NCBI GenBank assembly: GCA_965644315.1
Contig: CBFFRQ010000038.1
Coordinates: 248,001 to 312,000, forward strand
Direction of reading: 5' to 3'
DNA from: Caecitellus pseudoparvulus
Taxonomy: Eukaryota; Protista; Bigyra: Bicosoecida
Length of the DNA: 64,000 bases
Made by a program: the position numbers and the translations under genes. The notes below the pieces were generated by a model. It was given only the letters and a program-made list of their open reading frames with translations, had not been told where the DNA came from and did no database searches. Positions within the stretch are counted from its first letter, which is position 1, and every line of letters begins with the position of its first letter. Shown here one piece after another: positions 22,901 through 32,695 of the stretch.

Positions 22901-23302
22901 CTGGAAGTCGGCTGACGTGTGCTCTGGGTTTTCCTGCACGAACTGCACAGACAAGCCAACGACGATCTGAGCCATGAACCACGAAAGCGCAAAAGGCAGC
23001 CCTGCGCTGGCGCCCACGAAAAGCATGGCAACGGGGTAACCTGTGAAACTCGTCTGGTGCTGCAGCATCACCATGGCAATGATTTGCAGCACCATGAGGC
23101 AGAGTGATCCCACCAGCGTGGCAGCCACGAATGGCATGCTCCAGTTCAACTGTGCCGCGACGTTCCATATCACCACCAGCAAATGATGGAACGGGAGTGT
23201 GTTCATCCATTCCGGCGCGTCCTCCAGCCATCGAACTTGGTGCTCAGGCTGCGCCGAGGGGTGGTGCCGAGGGCCCTGCCTGCGGAATTTCAGGCACCAC
23301 AC
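19919..23302 (-). CDS. Large multi-pass membrane protein of unknown function (start uncertain)
   Basis: About 1100-codon ORF with more than 10 hydrophobic segments and a Cys-rich loop. Confidence 0.7.
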   Translation of the reverse strand: MWCLKFRRQGPRHHPSAQPEHQVRWLEDAPEWMNTLPFHHLLVVIWNVAAQLNWSMPFVAATLVGSLCLMVLQIIAMVMLQHQTSFTGYPVAMLFVGASAGLPFALSWFMAQIVVGLSVQFVQENPEHTSADFQDGADVPQVLVDGKESGTAGGRRAANPLTVTDWGVSGKHAAPSPTSHKKSMSRQGSLLSPLGEAGTPQASQLRSETQAWVQWVNEHALGITRMYAVVLWLLWAVQIWSFFTFAGGCVDTLRDSRALRNETLPLGVDLRFTCMAVNDNANLDPAGRNALTGQLWQLIINSVVLLSMWCMPPKAPFVPHPLLKVGVLCFSVSIYAVLSYAALFRPTYAARGTTVEVLIVFAERVLSCIFAVLGVLVAFPPLTFFFPPEQEEEDEEEEEPKGPTDAESGAKNTTGNPEAKRQEFLRVSKRAMEALNPAERGVCSNICSWCCAGLLLLLLIIFAGRAMMPLSGGTFILEWVELGGEATTRLSLYELFLPMCVVSPMLWVLFRRVMLTMVRVHELVHTVYATRHFLSWLSRFVVSPCCEMTCFTCCCCYCCCPEARDSACRRKCGCASCGQCWKHSPFVECLRDPTQDIARPKNEQAPSAPGAAKPSQTVTSVATAGKLRYRSRGSPQGTELAGRGDMKAGAAAPQAPPASESTLDGTFLTDEEPALILKLLREGLSESDVLAGVTCKHKRSSALTMGLKGLGAEARRGQPATDTAAAIECLDNLAVVDLEDDDQFVNLLQALLPPNMPLWTGPPTGTRGAKPTSMRKSKTLRQQKSTKSLVLGIRARDSTEIVWVPVAVWVACLVIMLIPGFLRLVLHQSFWHGGTALEGDDAATATSFSVTRLTLMMLLGLVYCIVGVYRLKSALRILHRIRTIVYAAVSLEVHAGEWNLPYEARGAAQWSARLLFASRFITAQFSGSVSGFIGGFMVGTVLAAAALAIFILIGLDFPSALSYPEMYCCAAVVVLYAVTGMYMLWQLVQTDGIIYTSIRDVSVLSARGGVVDTYRLLLRDYSKSLAATSPNSAGTRQQGGPHRLGQESPAEVARRDASSFAQLLAMTWQQRYPGVQITFLEGAEWSKITISKSSITALITGGIVSGLTAGARALESVISSGALNSHT

Positions 23303-23927
23303 AGCGCCCTTCTCACAGTGTAAAACCCACAGCAGGAAGCATGAAGGCGCCTGCCCTTGTCAAGCAGACAATTTCCACTTTGCCTTCCTTCTGGCTCCGA
23401 CTTTGGCATGTCTGGCCAAGAGTGCCTCGGTGGTGCGGCGCTAGGGTTGCAGCCAGCGCGTGCGAAGCCAGGCACCACGCCTGTGCCTTGGCAGCGACGG
23501 ACAGCAAAGAGGGAGGGGTCTGCACACGAGGGCAACGTGTTAATAGTTGATACATGGAATTGTTGTGATCAGGAGCGTGTTCCGTGCTGCTCAGGGGCAT
23601 GGGTGGCATTTTCCTGGGCCTGGGCCTGTGCGACGCAGCCTTCCGTGGTTGTGAAAGTGACCGAAGTTGACTCGCCAGTGGCACATGGCGCGAGACAAAC
23701 TTGGCCCTGGCAAAACACAAAACCCCGGCCTCTCCACTCCTGTGTCGATGCGGCCAGTCGCGGCCAACCCTTCCCCCCGGTGGAGGCACTAGGCAGCGAA
23801 GGCAGAGCCAGGAGGGAGCACCACACGCTTCGCAGTCGAGGGGTACCAGCGCCCTGCACAGAGCAACGGCGGCCAGGCCGCGCGGTCGAGGGAGCACCAG
23901 TACTGAGACCATTGGTTAGGACCTGCC

Positions 23928-26900
23928 ATGTCTTCGCCTGCACCAGGCTGGCGAGCTCGGTCAAGTGGCGGAGGGAGCGTTGGGAGCCGTCGCAGCGACC
24001 GGGACGGCGCCATGAGCGTCGGCAGCCGCATGACGACAGCGACGACGACGGTGATGCACGGGGAGGAGATGCAGGACGCCATGCGGCGCAAAGTGAAGCG
24101 AGACGCCAAGGAGCGCATGGAGGCGGAGGAGGAGCTGCTGGTGGCCACTGCCACAGGCATGACTGCGGAAGGCGTGGTTGCAGCAGCTACCAGCACCCGG
24201 AAGCACGGCAGCACGCCTCGCGCGGGGAGCAAGGGGCGCAAGCAGCCCACAGCACCTCGCGGCTTTCGAGATGCTGCACGGGACCAGCTGAAGCGGGACG
24301 TGGGTGTGGAGAGCGCCGTGTCAGCGGCGAAATCGAAGCTGACGGCTTCGCAGCGAGCTGAGCGGGACGTGGCGGGACTGGACTCGGACGACGAGGAGGA
24401 GGGCCGCCCCAAGCGCATGGGTTGGTACCTGGACGTGCCAGAGACGCCTGCACAGCGCTCTGCCCGTCTGCTGCAGTCGTTGTCCGACGTGGAGAGTGCC
24501 CTGGCCAACGTGAAGCGCGAGTACTCGTCCCTGGAGCGGCCAGGGCAGAGCCGTGGGATGTCGGGGGGGGACGGCGTGGGCTCCACGTCGCCAGGCGCCC
24601 ACTCCCCGGGCCATGCGCCACGGGCATCTCCTCCCCCAGCGCCCCCTCGCCCCGGGACGTCCCCTTCCATGTCCCCCCTGCCACTGCACCAGTTCGTGTC
24701 GGCTGGGTCCCGTGCTGAGGCCACTGCCCGAGACGAAGCCACAACTTCCACTGTCTCGGCCGCCCAGCTGGCGGAGCTGACACGGCGCCAGGCACGGGAC
24801 ACGGGCTCCAGCACCAGCCCCGCTCGCCACGCTGCACACATGACGGGCATCGAGCTGGCGGCTGAGCAGATCCGAGTGCTGCGAGCAGAGCTCCTTGCAG
24901 CCATCCAGCGCCACAAGGCAGCCGAGGAATCCGCCCACGAAACGCGCAAACTGCTCCTGGACGAGCGGCGGGCCCTGCAGGCGCAGGTGGCTGCCACCCT
25001 GGCAGGCAGCCGGGATGCCAAGGCCCGTTTCCAGGAGGCGGCCCTGGCGCTGAAGGCGGCGAACAAGGAGCTGGGCGCCGAGCTGGAGAGCGAGCGCGCG
25101 AAACGCATGGTGCTGACGGGGCAGCTGGCAGACATGAAGGCGGAGGCGTCGTCCCTGGCGGGGCGCCTGAGCGGGGAGCAGGCGACGCTGGCGCAGCGGC
25201 GGGAAGCGGCAGAGCTGGTGGCACACATCTCCGGCATCATGGCGCCATCAGAAGTGGGGCGTGCTGCCAACCAGCTGAAGGCGCTGCGACAACAGGTGGA
25301 GGAGCTGACGGCTGCGCTGGACTTGGTGCGGCGCCAGCGCAACGGCATGCAGAGCGAGCTGCGGACGCTGCAGGAGGCCATGGGGAGGGAGGGGGACACG
25401 CGCCTGCTGGATGAGCTGGTCATCCCCGCCCTGCAGGACATCATCCTCACACTGCACGAGCCTGTGGACGAGCAGCAGTTCCTGCAGGTCGAGGGGACGC
25501 CGTCCCCCCCCACCAGCCTGGTGTCCCCCACTGCTGCGCTGGAACAGGCGGAGTTGGAGGGAGGGGGGCAGGGGGGTGTCACAGGCACACGCTTCTGGTT
25601 GCAGCAGGTGAAGCGCGCTATGGACAGCCGTGCCTCTGCCTTGGCGGCAGCCGCAAGCAACGCCGCTGCTGCCCAGGTCGCTTCGGCTAGTTCGCAGGCC
25701 AAGGCGGAGGCTGCAGCCGCTGCCGAGTCAGCTGCCGCGGCGTCTGACGCCATGGCAGGTGACCTGGCGGCGGCCAAGGCCCGTGTGGCAGAGCTGGAGG
25801 GGGAGCTGTCCAAGAGCGCGGCCGCCCTGGCTCAGGCCAAGGCGGACAAGGCTAGCGCATCCAAGCACGCGGCGGCGGGGCGCACGAACACGAAGTTCTT
25901 GGAACAGCAGTTGGAAGACATGCGAGGCAAGCTGCGCGCAGCCAAGGCGGACGCCGACAAGCACTTGTCCGGCAAACGCGCCGCTGACAAGGCTGCGAAG
26001 GCCGCCAAGGATGAAGCGGAGTCACTCGCTGCCGAGCTGCGCGCTGCGAAGGAGGAAGCGGAGTCACTCGCCGCCGAGCTGCGCGCTGCGAAGGAGGCGC
26101 TGGCTCAGACTCAAGGCAGTTCGTCAGACCCAGAGGCACAGGAGCAGCTGCAAGCTGCGCGAGCTGAGGCAGCAGCGGCTTTGGAGGCCGTTGAGCGAGT
26201 CACCGCTGAGCTGCGTGCCGCAGAGGGCAGTGCCCAAGAGGCAGCCGACGCTGAGGCGGCCTCTGCGAGTCGCATCGTGGCCCTGGAGAGCGAGGTTCAG
26301 CGCTTGCGTGACGAGCTGGAGGGTTCTGGAGCATTGCCTGAGGGTGTCCTGTCAGCTGAAGAGGCTGATGCGTTGCGCGCTGAGCTTGACGAGGCCAAGG
26401 CTGAGCTTGAAGCAGGTGGTGCGTTGCCTGAGGGTGCCCTGTCAGCTGAAGAGGCTGATGCGTTGCGCGCTGAGCTTGACGAGGCCAAGGCTGAGCTTGA
26501 AGCAGGTGGTGCGTTGCCTGAGGGCGCCCTGTCAGCTGAAGAGGCTGATGCGTTGCGCGCTGAGCTTGACGAGGCCAAGGCTGAGCTTGAAGCAGGTGGT
26601 GCGTTGCCTGAGGGCGCCCTGTCAGCTGAGGATGCAGAGGGCTTGCGTGCCGAAGTGGAGCGGCTGCAGCAGGCAAACAGTGGCATGGTGTCCGCGCGAG
26701 AGGCTGAGGAGGCGGCCGCCCAGGCAGCCGCTGAGGCGCGCGCTGATGCTGAGCGAGCCACGGCGACTGCTGTGGAGGACGCTGTGGCGGCCGCTACAGC
26801 GTCAGCGCGCGCCAAGGCTCGGGTGGAGGCGGATGCTGCCCTGGGGGATGCCAACGCCCGTGCAGACCACTGGCTGGCGGAACACGAGGCAGCGCAGGGG

Positions 26901-27545
26901 CAGCTGGCGAAAGCCAAGGCGGCACTGGAGGCTGAGCGAGGCACAGTGCAGACTCTGCAGGGGGCGCTGTCTGATGCCGAGGCCCAGGCGCGGGAGCTGC
27001 GTGCGGCGGTGGAGGAGGCGAAGCGTGAGGCGGCCAGCAGCCTGGCAGCGGCGCAGGCGGAGATGGGGAGGGAGCGCAAGCGCCGCGGGACACTTGCCGG
27101 GCAATTGCGCAGCGCGCGCTCCAGCATGCTGTCTGTGCAGGCGTCCCTGTCCGCGTCCCAGGGCACCATCGTGGCGCTGGTGGAGCAAGTCATCGCTCTG
27201 CGGGCGGCAGCGCGGGGAAATTTGCCACCCCCCGCCGTACCTGCGCCGGCGGCGCCGCCTGGATCTGGGGCCGGCTCCGTGCGGCGTGCGACAGGCCCAG
27301 CGCGTGCGCTGCTGGCGACAGACCCAGGCGGCGTGGACACTGTCACTGAGGCTGCTCTGGGCACACTGCCGCGGGAGGTGGTGGCAGCGGTGGCGGAGGC
27401 GTTGGCGCCTGGCGGCCCCGATGCGACTGTCTCGGCGCTGACCTTCACCATGCCCAGCCAGGGCGGACCGCCTGGCGCCTCGCCGAGCCCGGAGGCCATT
27501 GCCAGTGCCCTGCAGGATTCGGCTCAAGCAGCGGTGCCTCAGTGA
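23928..27545 (+). CDS. Long coiled-coil protein with internal tandem repeats
   Basis: 1205-aa single-exon ORF with A/E/L/R heptad-rich composition and gccATG context. Confidence 0.75.
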   Translation: MSSPAPGWRARSSGGGSVGSRRSDRDGAMSVGSRMTTATTTVMHGEEMQDAMRRKVKRDAKERMEAEEELLVATATGMTAEGVVAAATSTRKHGSTPRAGSKGRKQPTAPRGFRDAARDQLKRDVGVESAVSAAKSKLTASQRAERDVAGLDSDDEEEGRPKRMGWYLDVPETPAQRSARLLQSLSDVESALANVKREYSSLERPGQSRGMSGGDGVGSTSPGAHSPGHAPRASPPPAPPRPGTSPSMSPLPLHQFVSAGSRAEATARDEATTSTVSAAQLAELTRRQARDTGSSTSPARHAAHMTGIELAAEQIRVLRAELLAAIQRHKAAEESAHETRKLLLDERRALQAQVAATLAGSRDAKARFQEAALALKAANKELGAELESERAKRMVLTGQLADMKAEASSLAGRLSGEQATLAQRREAAELVAHISGIMAPSEVGRAANQLKALRQQVEELTAALDLVRRQRNGMQSELRTLQEAMGREGDTRLLDELVIPALQDIILTLHEPVDEQQFLQVEGTPSPPTSLVSPTAALEQAELEGGGQGGVTGTRFWLQQVKRAMDSRASALAAAASNAAAAQVASASSQAKAEAAAAAESAAAASDAMAGDLAAAKARVAELEGELSKSAAALAQAKADKASASKHAAAGRTNTKFLEQQLEDMRGKLRAAKADADKHLSGKRAADKAAKAAKDEAESLAAELRAAKEEAESLAAELRAAKEALAQTQGSSSDPEAQEQLQAARAEAAAALEAVERVTAELRAAEGSAQEAADAEAASASRIVALESEVQRLRDELEGSGALPEGVLSAEEADALRAELDEAKAELEAGGALPEGALSAEEADALRAELDEAKAELEAGGALPEGALSAEEADALRAELDEAKAELEAGGALPEGALSAEDAEGLRAEVERLQQANSGMVSAREAEEAAAQAAAEARADAERATATAVEDAVAAATASARAKARVEADAALGDANARADHWLAEHEAAQGQLAKAKAALEAERGTVQTLQGALSDAEAQARELRAAVEEAKREAASSLAAAQAEMGRERKRRGTLAGQLRSARSSMLSVQASLSASQGTIVALVEQVIALRAAARGNLPPPAVPAPAAPPGSGAGSVRRATGPARALLATDPGGVDTVTEAALGTLPREVVAAVAEALAPGGPDATVSALTFTMPSQGGPPGASPSPEAIASALQDSAQAAVPQ
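26012..26097 (+). repeat. 42-bp coding repeat x2 (EAESLAAELRAAKE)
   Basis: Two near-identical adjacent units. Confidence 0.85.
26331..26655 (+). repeat. 90-bp coding tandem repeat x about 3.5 (ALPEGALSAEEADALRAELDEAKAELEAGG)
   Basis: Units start at 26331, 26421, 26511 and 26601 and are nearly identical at DNA level. Confidence 0.95.
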
Positions 27546-27614
27546 ATGGGCGTGGTGCGCAGCAGGGCAGCGTGATGATGCGTTGGTGATGGGTGTGGTG
27601 GTGGTGCATTGCGC

Positions 27615-28298
27615 TCACTCCTGCTCCTCGGCGACGTTCCAGAACTTCAAGTACAGTGCCACCAGCACAACCAGCAAACCACCAATGAACACGAGAGTGT
27701 TAGGGTTGTCAGCGCCCGCCTTGCCAGCACCCGAGCTGCCGCTTGAGGTGGCCTTCAGCTTGTCCATGTCATCGGGCTGTGAGGAGAGCGCCGCGAGGGT
27801 GAGGTTGCGTTTGACGCGGCTGTTTGTCAGGACACCGTACATGCACATCGCCCAAGTAGTACTCCTTCAGCATGTTTCGCGCGGTCTTCGAGTGCCCATA
27901 GTCCTCAAATCTGTGCATGACGTGGGCGTGCAGGCGTGCACGTGCGGGGATGCGGCCCCGAGTTGCCCCGCGCACCCCTCAGTTGCGTCCTTGTCTGCAG
28001 CAGGCAAAGGGGCGGGCAGTGCAAGCTCATTAGAGCAGTGTGGTGCAAGGATGGCAGGTATGCTGGTGTCTGCACGCCCTCTTGTTGCGTGGGCAAACCG
28101 CCGCCAACACACCACACAAATCGATTTCCGCTCCAGACCGCACTCACCTCCAGATGAGTCAATCAGGTACTCGGGGCCACCGGGGTGCTCGTCCAAGAAA
28201 GCTGTCACATCGTACACCTTCCCGTGCACAATGACCCAGCAGTCTGACTCGGTGTTGTGCTCGGCGACCTCCTCCAGCCTGTACTGCTTGGCAGCCAT
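27615..28298 (-). CDS. CYB5: Cytochrome b5, tail-anchored, 4 exons including a 19-nt micro-exon
   Basis: MAAKQY..EEVAEHN..DCWVIVHGKVYDVT.FLDEHPGG..SG|DKDATEG|FEDYGHSKTAR..YYLGDVH|..C-terminal TM. Both heme His ligands are present. Confidence 0.95.
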
Positions 28299-28757
28299 GG
28301 TTCGTGGAGTGAAGGGGGAGGTGCAGGGGCAAGGGCCTGGACTGGGCCTGCTGGCAGTGAGGTGCACATGCAAGTGGGCGTGGTCCACCGGTGTTTGCAG
28401 AACTGGAAAGTGCCCTGCGGCGATTGAAGCCGTGCCTCCAGCGACACCGCAAGCCAGCGCCTGCCGTGTTGACCAGATCCACTTCTAGAGCCCGCACGCA
28501 ATACCACTCTCAGCGAAGGGGATGCAAAACACAGACATCTTCCACGTGCCAATTTTCGGCATCGCACTCCCTGCCACTCCCTGCGACTTCCGCGTGTGTT
28601 GCTGCACTGCGCTTGCCGAGGCCGGCAGCCAGCAGCTCTGCCGCGTGAGCCGAGCAAGAACTGCTCTCCCCACGCAGCACCCTCTTGGCATCGCCTAGGG
28701 GATCCTGAAGCTATTTGCAGCTAACGTGTACGCTCGCCACCTTCCTCTGCCGCTGAC

Positions 28758-30580
28758 ATGGCCCACAACCCCGTGCGTCGTCCCTGCTCACCCTTGGCGT
28801 TTCCGATCAATGTCCGCACCACCCCGCCTTCAACCTCGCTCAGGGCGTGCTAGCAAGCGCCCTCGGAGGTGCCCCCGGCCAAGGAGGGCATCAGCACCCA
28901 CCTGCTGGCCACCACCAGCAGCACCCAAGTCACTATGGCTCCCCGGCTCCCGGGCAGCAGTACCAACCTTCGGGTCAACCTGGCTTCCCAGCCCACCCCC
29001 AGCCAGCTTACGGCGTGCGACCGGGTGCCGGCCACTCCCCGCAGCACCACCCTCAACACCAATTTGGAAGTGGCGCCCCTGTCCCTCGTGGTGGTGGTGG
29101 TGGTGGCGGCGTGCAGTTGCCTGCACACCTCTTGGCAGCAAGCGGCGGCGGCGGCGGCGGCTCTCATGGTCCAGGGCAGTACCCCACCACCTCTCACAGC
29201 CATGGCCACACGCAGTACCCTGCGAGCCCTGCATCTGCAAGTGGAGGTTCAGGGACGCAGTACCCCGCAAGCTCACCAGCGCCCAGTGGACCAAGCGGCA
29301 GCGGCGGCGGCAGTGGGAAGGCTCATGAGCCGACAGCAGAGGAGCTGGAGGCCGCGAACGAACACGCCAACACTGCCACCTGGTGTGGCTCCCTGGAGGA
29401 AGTGAAGACGGACTACGGCGTGGGCATCTACCTCTACTTCCAGTGGGTGTGGTACCTCGTCATGTTCAACGCCGTGCTGTGCGTACCTGCCATCGTCACG
29501 CACATCGCCGGCGCGTCTGAGGGCCTGGACACCAACACGTACCCTGGCCTGGGCTCCCTGTTCCTGGGCGCCTTCCCCGCATCTGTGCGCACCCTGTGGT
29601 ACGCCATGACGTCCATCGGCGCGGTGCTGGGCCTGGCGTCGCCGTGGGTGTACCGGTGGTACCAGGGGCGCATCGAGAGCGCGTGGAAGGGGGCGGACCG
29701 CGTGGAGGAGTTGACGGAGGGCGAGGACATTATCGAGGAGAACCGGGACGTGACGTCCTCAGAGCGCCGCCGGCGCCGCACAGTGACTGTGCTGTCGTTC
29801 CTGGCCATCCTGGTGGTGCAGGGCATTCTCACGTACTACCTGCAGCTGGCGCTGGTGAACGCCAGCGGCGCCACGGTGGGGCAGGTGCTCTCAGCGACAC
29901 TGGCCATCCTGAACATGGTGTGGAAGAAGGTGTCCAAGTTCATGACCAAGTACGAGAAGCACCGCACCATGCGTGAGTACACGGAGTGGGACACCAGCAA
30001 GGTGTTCGTGCTCAAGATCGGCTCCGTGCTGGCCCTGTACATCACCAAATCCCTCGTCGGCGCTGACAGCGTGGACGCCGACACCTGCCGCAACGACCTG
30101 AACGCCGTGGACTGCGGCTGCCCCCTGGAGCAGATGGGGCAGCAGTTCTTCTGGCTCATCATCATCGAGCTGGTCATCGGCAACATCACGGAGCTGGGCA
30201 TCCCCGCCCTGCGCGTCTGGTTCCGCTCGCGCAAGTCTGCCTCGTCAGGCAAGGGCGACGAGGACTTGAAGGAGAAGTTTGACTTGGCAGAGGAGTTCAC
30301 GGAGCTCTTCTACCGTCAATTCGTCATCCTGCTGGGCACGACGGTGTTCCCGTTGGTGACGGTGCTGGGCCTGGTGTCCCTGTTCCTGGAGTTCTGGCTG
30401 GACAAGCTGCGCCTGCTGAAGTACTGCACCAAGCCACTCATCAAGCCTGACCCTGTGCGCACCCAGCTGGTGTTCGGGTGCAACTTGGCCGTCGCAGTCA
30501 TCTTCCTCTTCTCCTACCCCAACGGCATGGTCATGATCTTCGCCGGGCTGAACATGGGCGACTGCAGCTTCTTCAAGTGA
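28758..30580 (+). CDS. Transmembrane channel-like (TMC family) protein, 2 exons
   Basis: YGVGIYLYFQWVWYL, KFDLAEEFTELFYRQ..LG..FPL..FWLDK..LL..C.KP. Gln/His/Gly-rich N-terminus. A short first exon MAHNP is followed by a gtgcgt intron. Confidence 0.8.
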
Positions 30581-30852
30581 GCCTGGGCGAGGGCAAGCAA
30601 TGCGAAACACAGACTGGCCCGCACATGGCGCCACAGGCCCGTGTGCAGCGGCGCAGTGTGGGCGGGTGGCCTGGCGCCGACACGGTGCGCGTGCCAATGC
30701 ACTGCAGCTGCAGCGCCAGTGGGCAGGCTGTGCCACATCCCACCACCAACATTGGCGTCACCAGTCAATGCAGACTGCCGTGGAGAAAGAGGCTGTCTGC
30801 TGCCTGGGTGTGGGGCGCTGCAGCGCAAGGTGCGCTTTGCGGCACCAGCGCC

Positions 30853-31370
30853 ATGACCGAGTTTTTGGCCACGCTGGTTGGCAGTGCGTGAAAGGCCGGG
30901 CAGAGCACGCGCGTGCGCTGCAGCGTGCAAGGTCACTGGGATGCACCCTTTCCAATGCGCAGAACTCGTGTCGGTCCTCACAAATGACGGCAAGAGCATT
31001 GTTGTAGGTGTGCAGGACAGGGGTGTTGGGCCCAATTTCCGCAGCACCTCCCCGCTCCGCCGCAGGGCAAGCTGCGAGGGTACGACAACTCAGTGAATGT
31101 GATTCTGGAGGACTGCGAAGAGCGTATTTTTGACACGGAGGAGGGGGTGGAGGTCATTCCCTTGGGTCTGTACATCATCCGTGGGGACAACCTGTGCGTC
31201 TCGCGTGCTTGCTTTGGCGTTGGCGCAGCCGCCTGCTTGCCGTGGCTGGGAACTCTCTGCGCCGTCTGCGCTTGCCCAGGGCCGTGGTGGGCGAGTTGGA
31301 CGAGGAGAAGGACGCCTCCATCGACTGGGACTCGGTGAAAGGCACGCCCCTGCCGCCTGTCACGCACTGA
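30853..31370 (+). CDS. LSM8: U6 snRNA-associated Sm-like protein LSm8, 4 exons
   Basis: Spliced model: MTEFLATLVGKLVSVLTNDGKSIVGKLRGYDNSVNVILEDCEERIF..VEVIPLGLYIIRGDNLAVVGELDEEKDASIDWDSVKGTPLPPVTH. Confidence 0.95.
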
Positions 31371-31408
31371 GGCAGTGCCCGGCGGCCTGTCTCTCACCAA
31401 TGCATTTG

Positions 31409-32597
31409 CTACAGCAGGTGACTGACGTCCACGGCGCCCTCCTGCCCTTCCTCTCCCGCAGCAGCGGCCTCCTCTGCTGCTGCCAACAGCGCCTCCATGC
31501 CGGACACAGATGCCTCGGGCGGCGGCAGCGGCGTGGGCGCAGGAGTGGGCTGCTCCTCCACGCCAGGTGCTGACGGCACTTGCTGCGTCAAGGGTGCTTG
31601 CTTCACGGGGCCGGCTTTGCTGCCCGTGCGCTTGAAGCGGCGCACGACACTGGGGTTGTCCTCACACACCCACCCTCGCTCCACACAGCTGCCGCATGGT
31701 CTCTGCGCGGTAGGGGGGGTGGGTTGTGAGGCGGGGGAGAGGCAGGTAGCAGGGCCGGGCCGCACGCACGCGGTGATCACAGCGCTTCTTGCGCTTCCAG
31801 CAGGACAGGCAGGCGTGTGGCGGCACGGGCCGGTCCTGGCCGCGCGCAGTCTTCTCCAGCGCAGCTGCCGCGGCGTCCTGCGCTCGCTGCCAGGCCCGCT
31901 CTGCACGGCGAATGGCGACACGGCGAGCCTGACAGGAGAGCACCCACACAGTGCCGTCCCTGGATGCGGTGCCCACCTTGGCTTCGCGGTGCGGGAGCAT
32001 GTGCGGCAGCGCCAACGGTGGTGGTGCTTGCAAGCCAGCCTGCTGCCCGGCACCGCTGGGTGCCGGCCGCGTGGGAGCAGTTTGCAACGAGGACAGGGAA
32101 GCCACGAGGAAGTCTGTGATGTCCTCTGGCTTGCGCAGGTCTGCGCCTTGCTGGCCGCTGTGGGCGGTGGAGGAGGGCAGCAGGCCTCGCGGCGTTTCGG
32201 CTGCGTTTCCTACAGCGCCAGTCAAAATGTTTGGAAAGGTCGCCGACGTCAGCAGGCCAGGCAGGAGACTTCCAGTGGGAGGGATGGCTGACCGCCCATG
32301 CACCTCTCCCAGGAGACCCACGAGGGCTGTCTGAAGCTGCGCGGCTTTGGTGTGGAGGAAGGAGACCTGCTGAGGAATGGTCAATCCAGCTGTGTCAGGC
32401 TCAGGCGCAGAGCCGGAGCGCAGTGCCCCCAGCGCCACCCGGATGGCTTTGTACGCGATGAGAACATGCACAATGTCTGTTGCAAGCACACGGCACCGCT
32501 GCACATCGGTGTCTCCTCGGGAGGCAGCTAGGGCTGCAACACGCTGTGTGGCCTCCTGCACGAGGCCAGGCAGCGCATCCAGCTGCTGCCGAGACAT
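31409..32597 (-). CDS. Zn(II)2Cys6 (GAL4-type) binuclear cluster protein, 2 exons
   Basis: Removing a gtgcgt..cag intron (about 31703-31769) gives CLSCWKRKKRCDHRRPCGSCVERGWVC, which is C-x2-C-x6-C-x5-C-x2-C-x6-C. Confidence 0.85.
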
Positions 32598-32609
32598 GGT
32601 GGCGCAGGC

Positions 32610-32636
32610 GCAGGGGCGGCAGGGGCGGCAGGGGCG
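32610..32636. repeat. 9-bp GC-box-like repeat (gcaggggcg) x3 immediately upstream of the Zn-cluster ATG
   Basis: The sequence gcaggggcggcaggggcggcaggggcg lies in a 98-bp spacer. Confidence 0.7.
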
Positions 32637-32695
32637 TGTGATTTGGACAGGTGTGAATTGGCGGCGGATTGAGCGTGCCACGCGCCAAGCCCGCC

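Noticed and set aside
23789-25813. Long antisense ORFs (for example 674 aa here, and 26297-27499, 17672-18829, 33096-34178)
   Set aside because: These are shadow ORFs expected opposite GC-rich, codon-biased genes; they have no independent motifs.
26012-26655. Tandem repeats as a CRISPR array or mobile element
   Set aside because: The units are contiguous, in frame and lack unique spacers; there are no cas, transposase, terminal repeats or target-site duplications.
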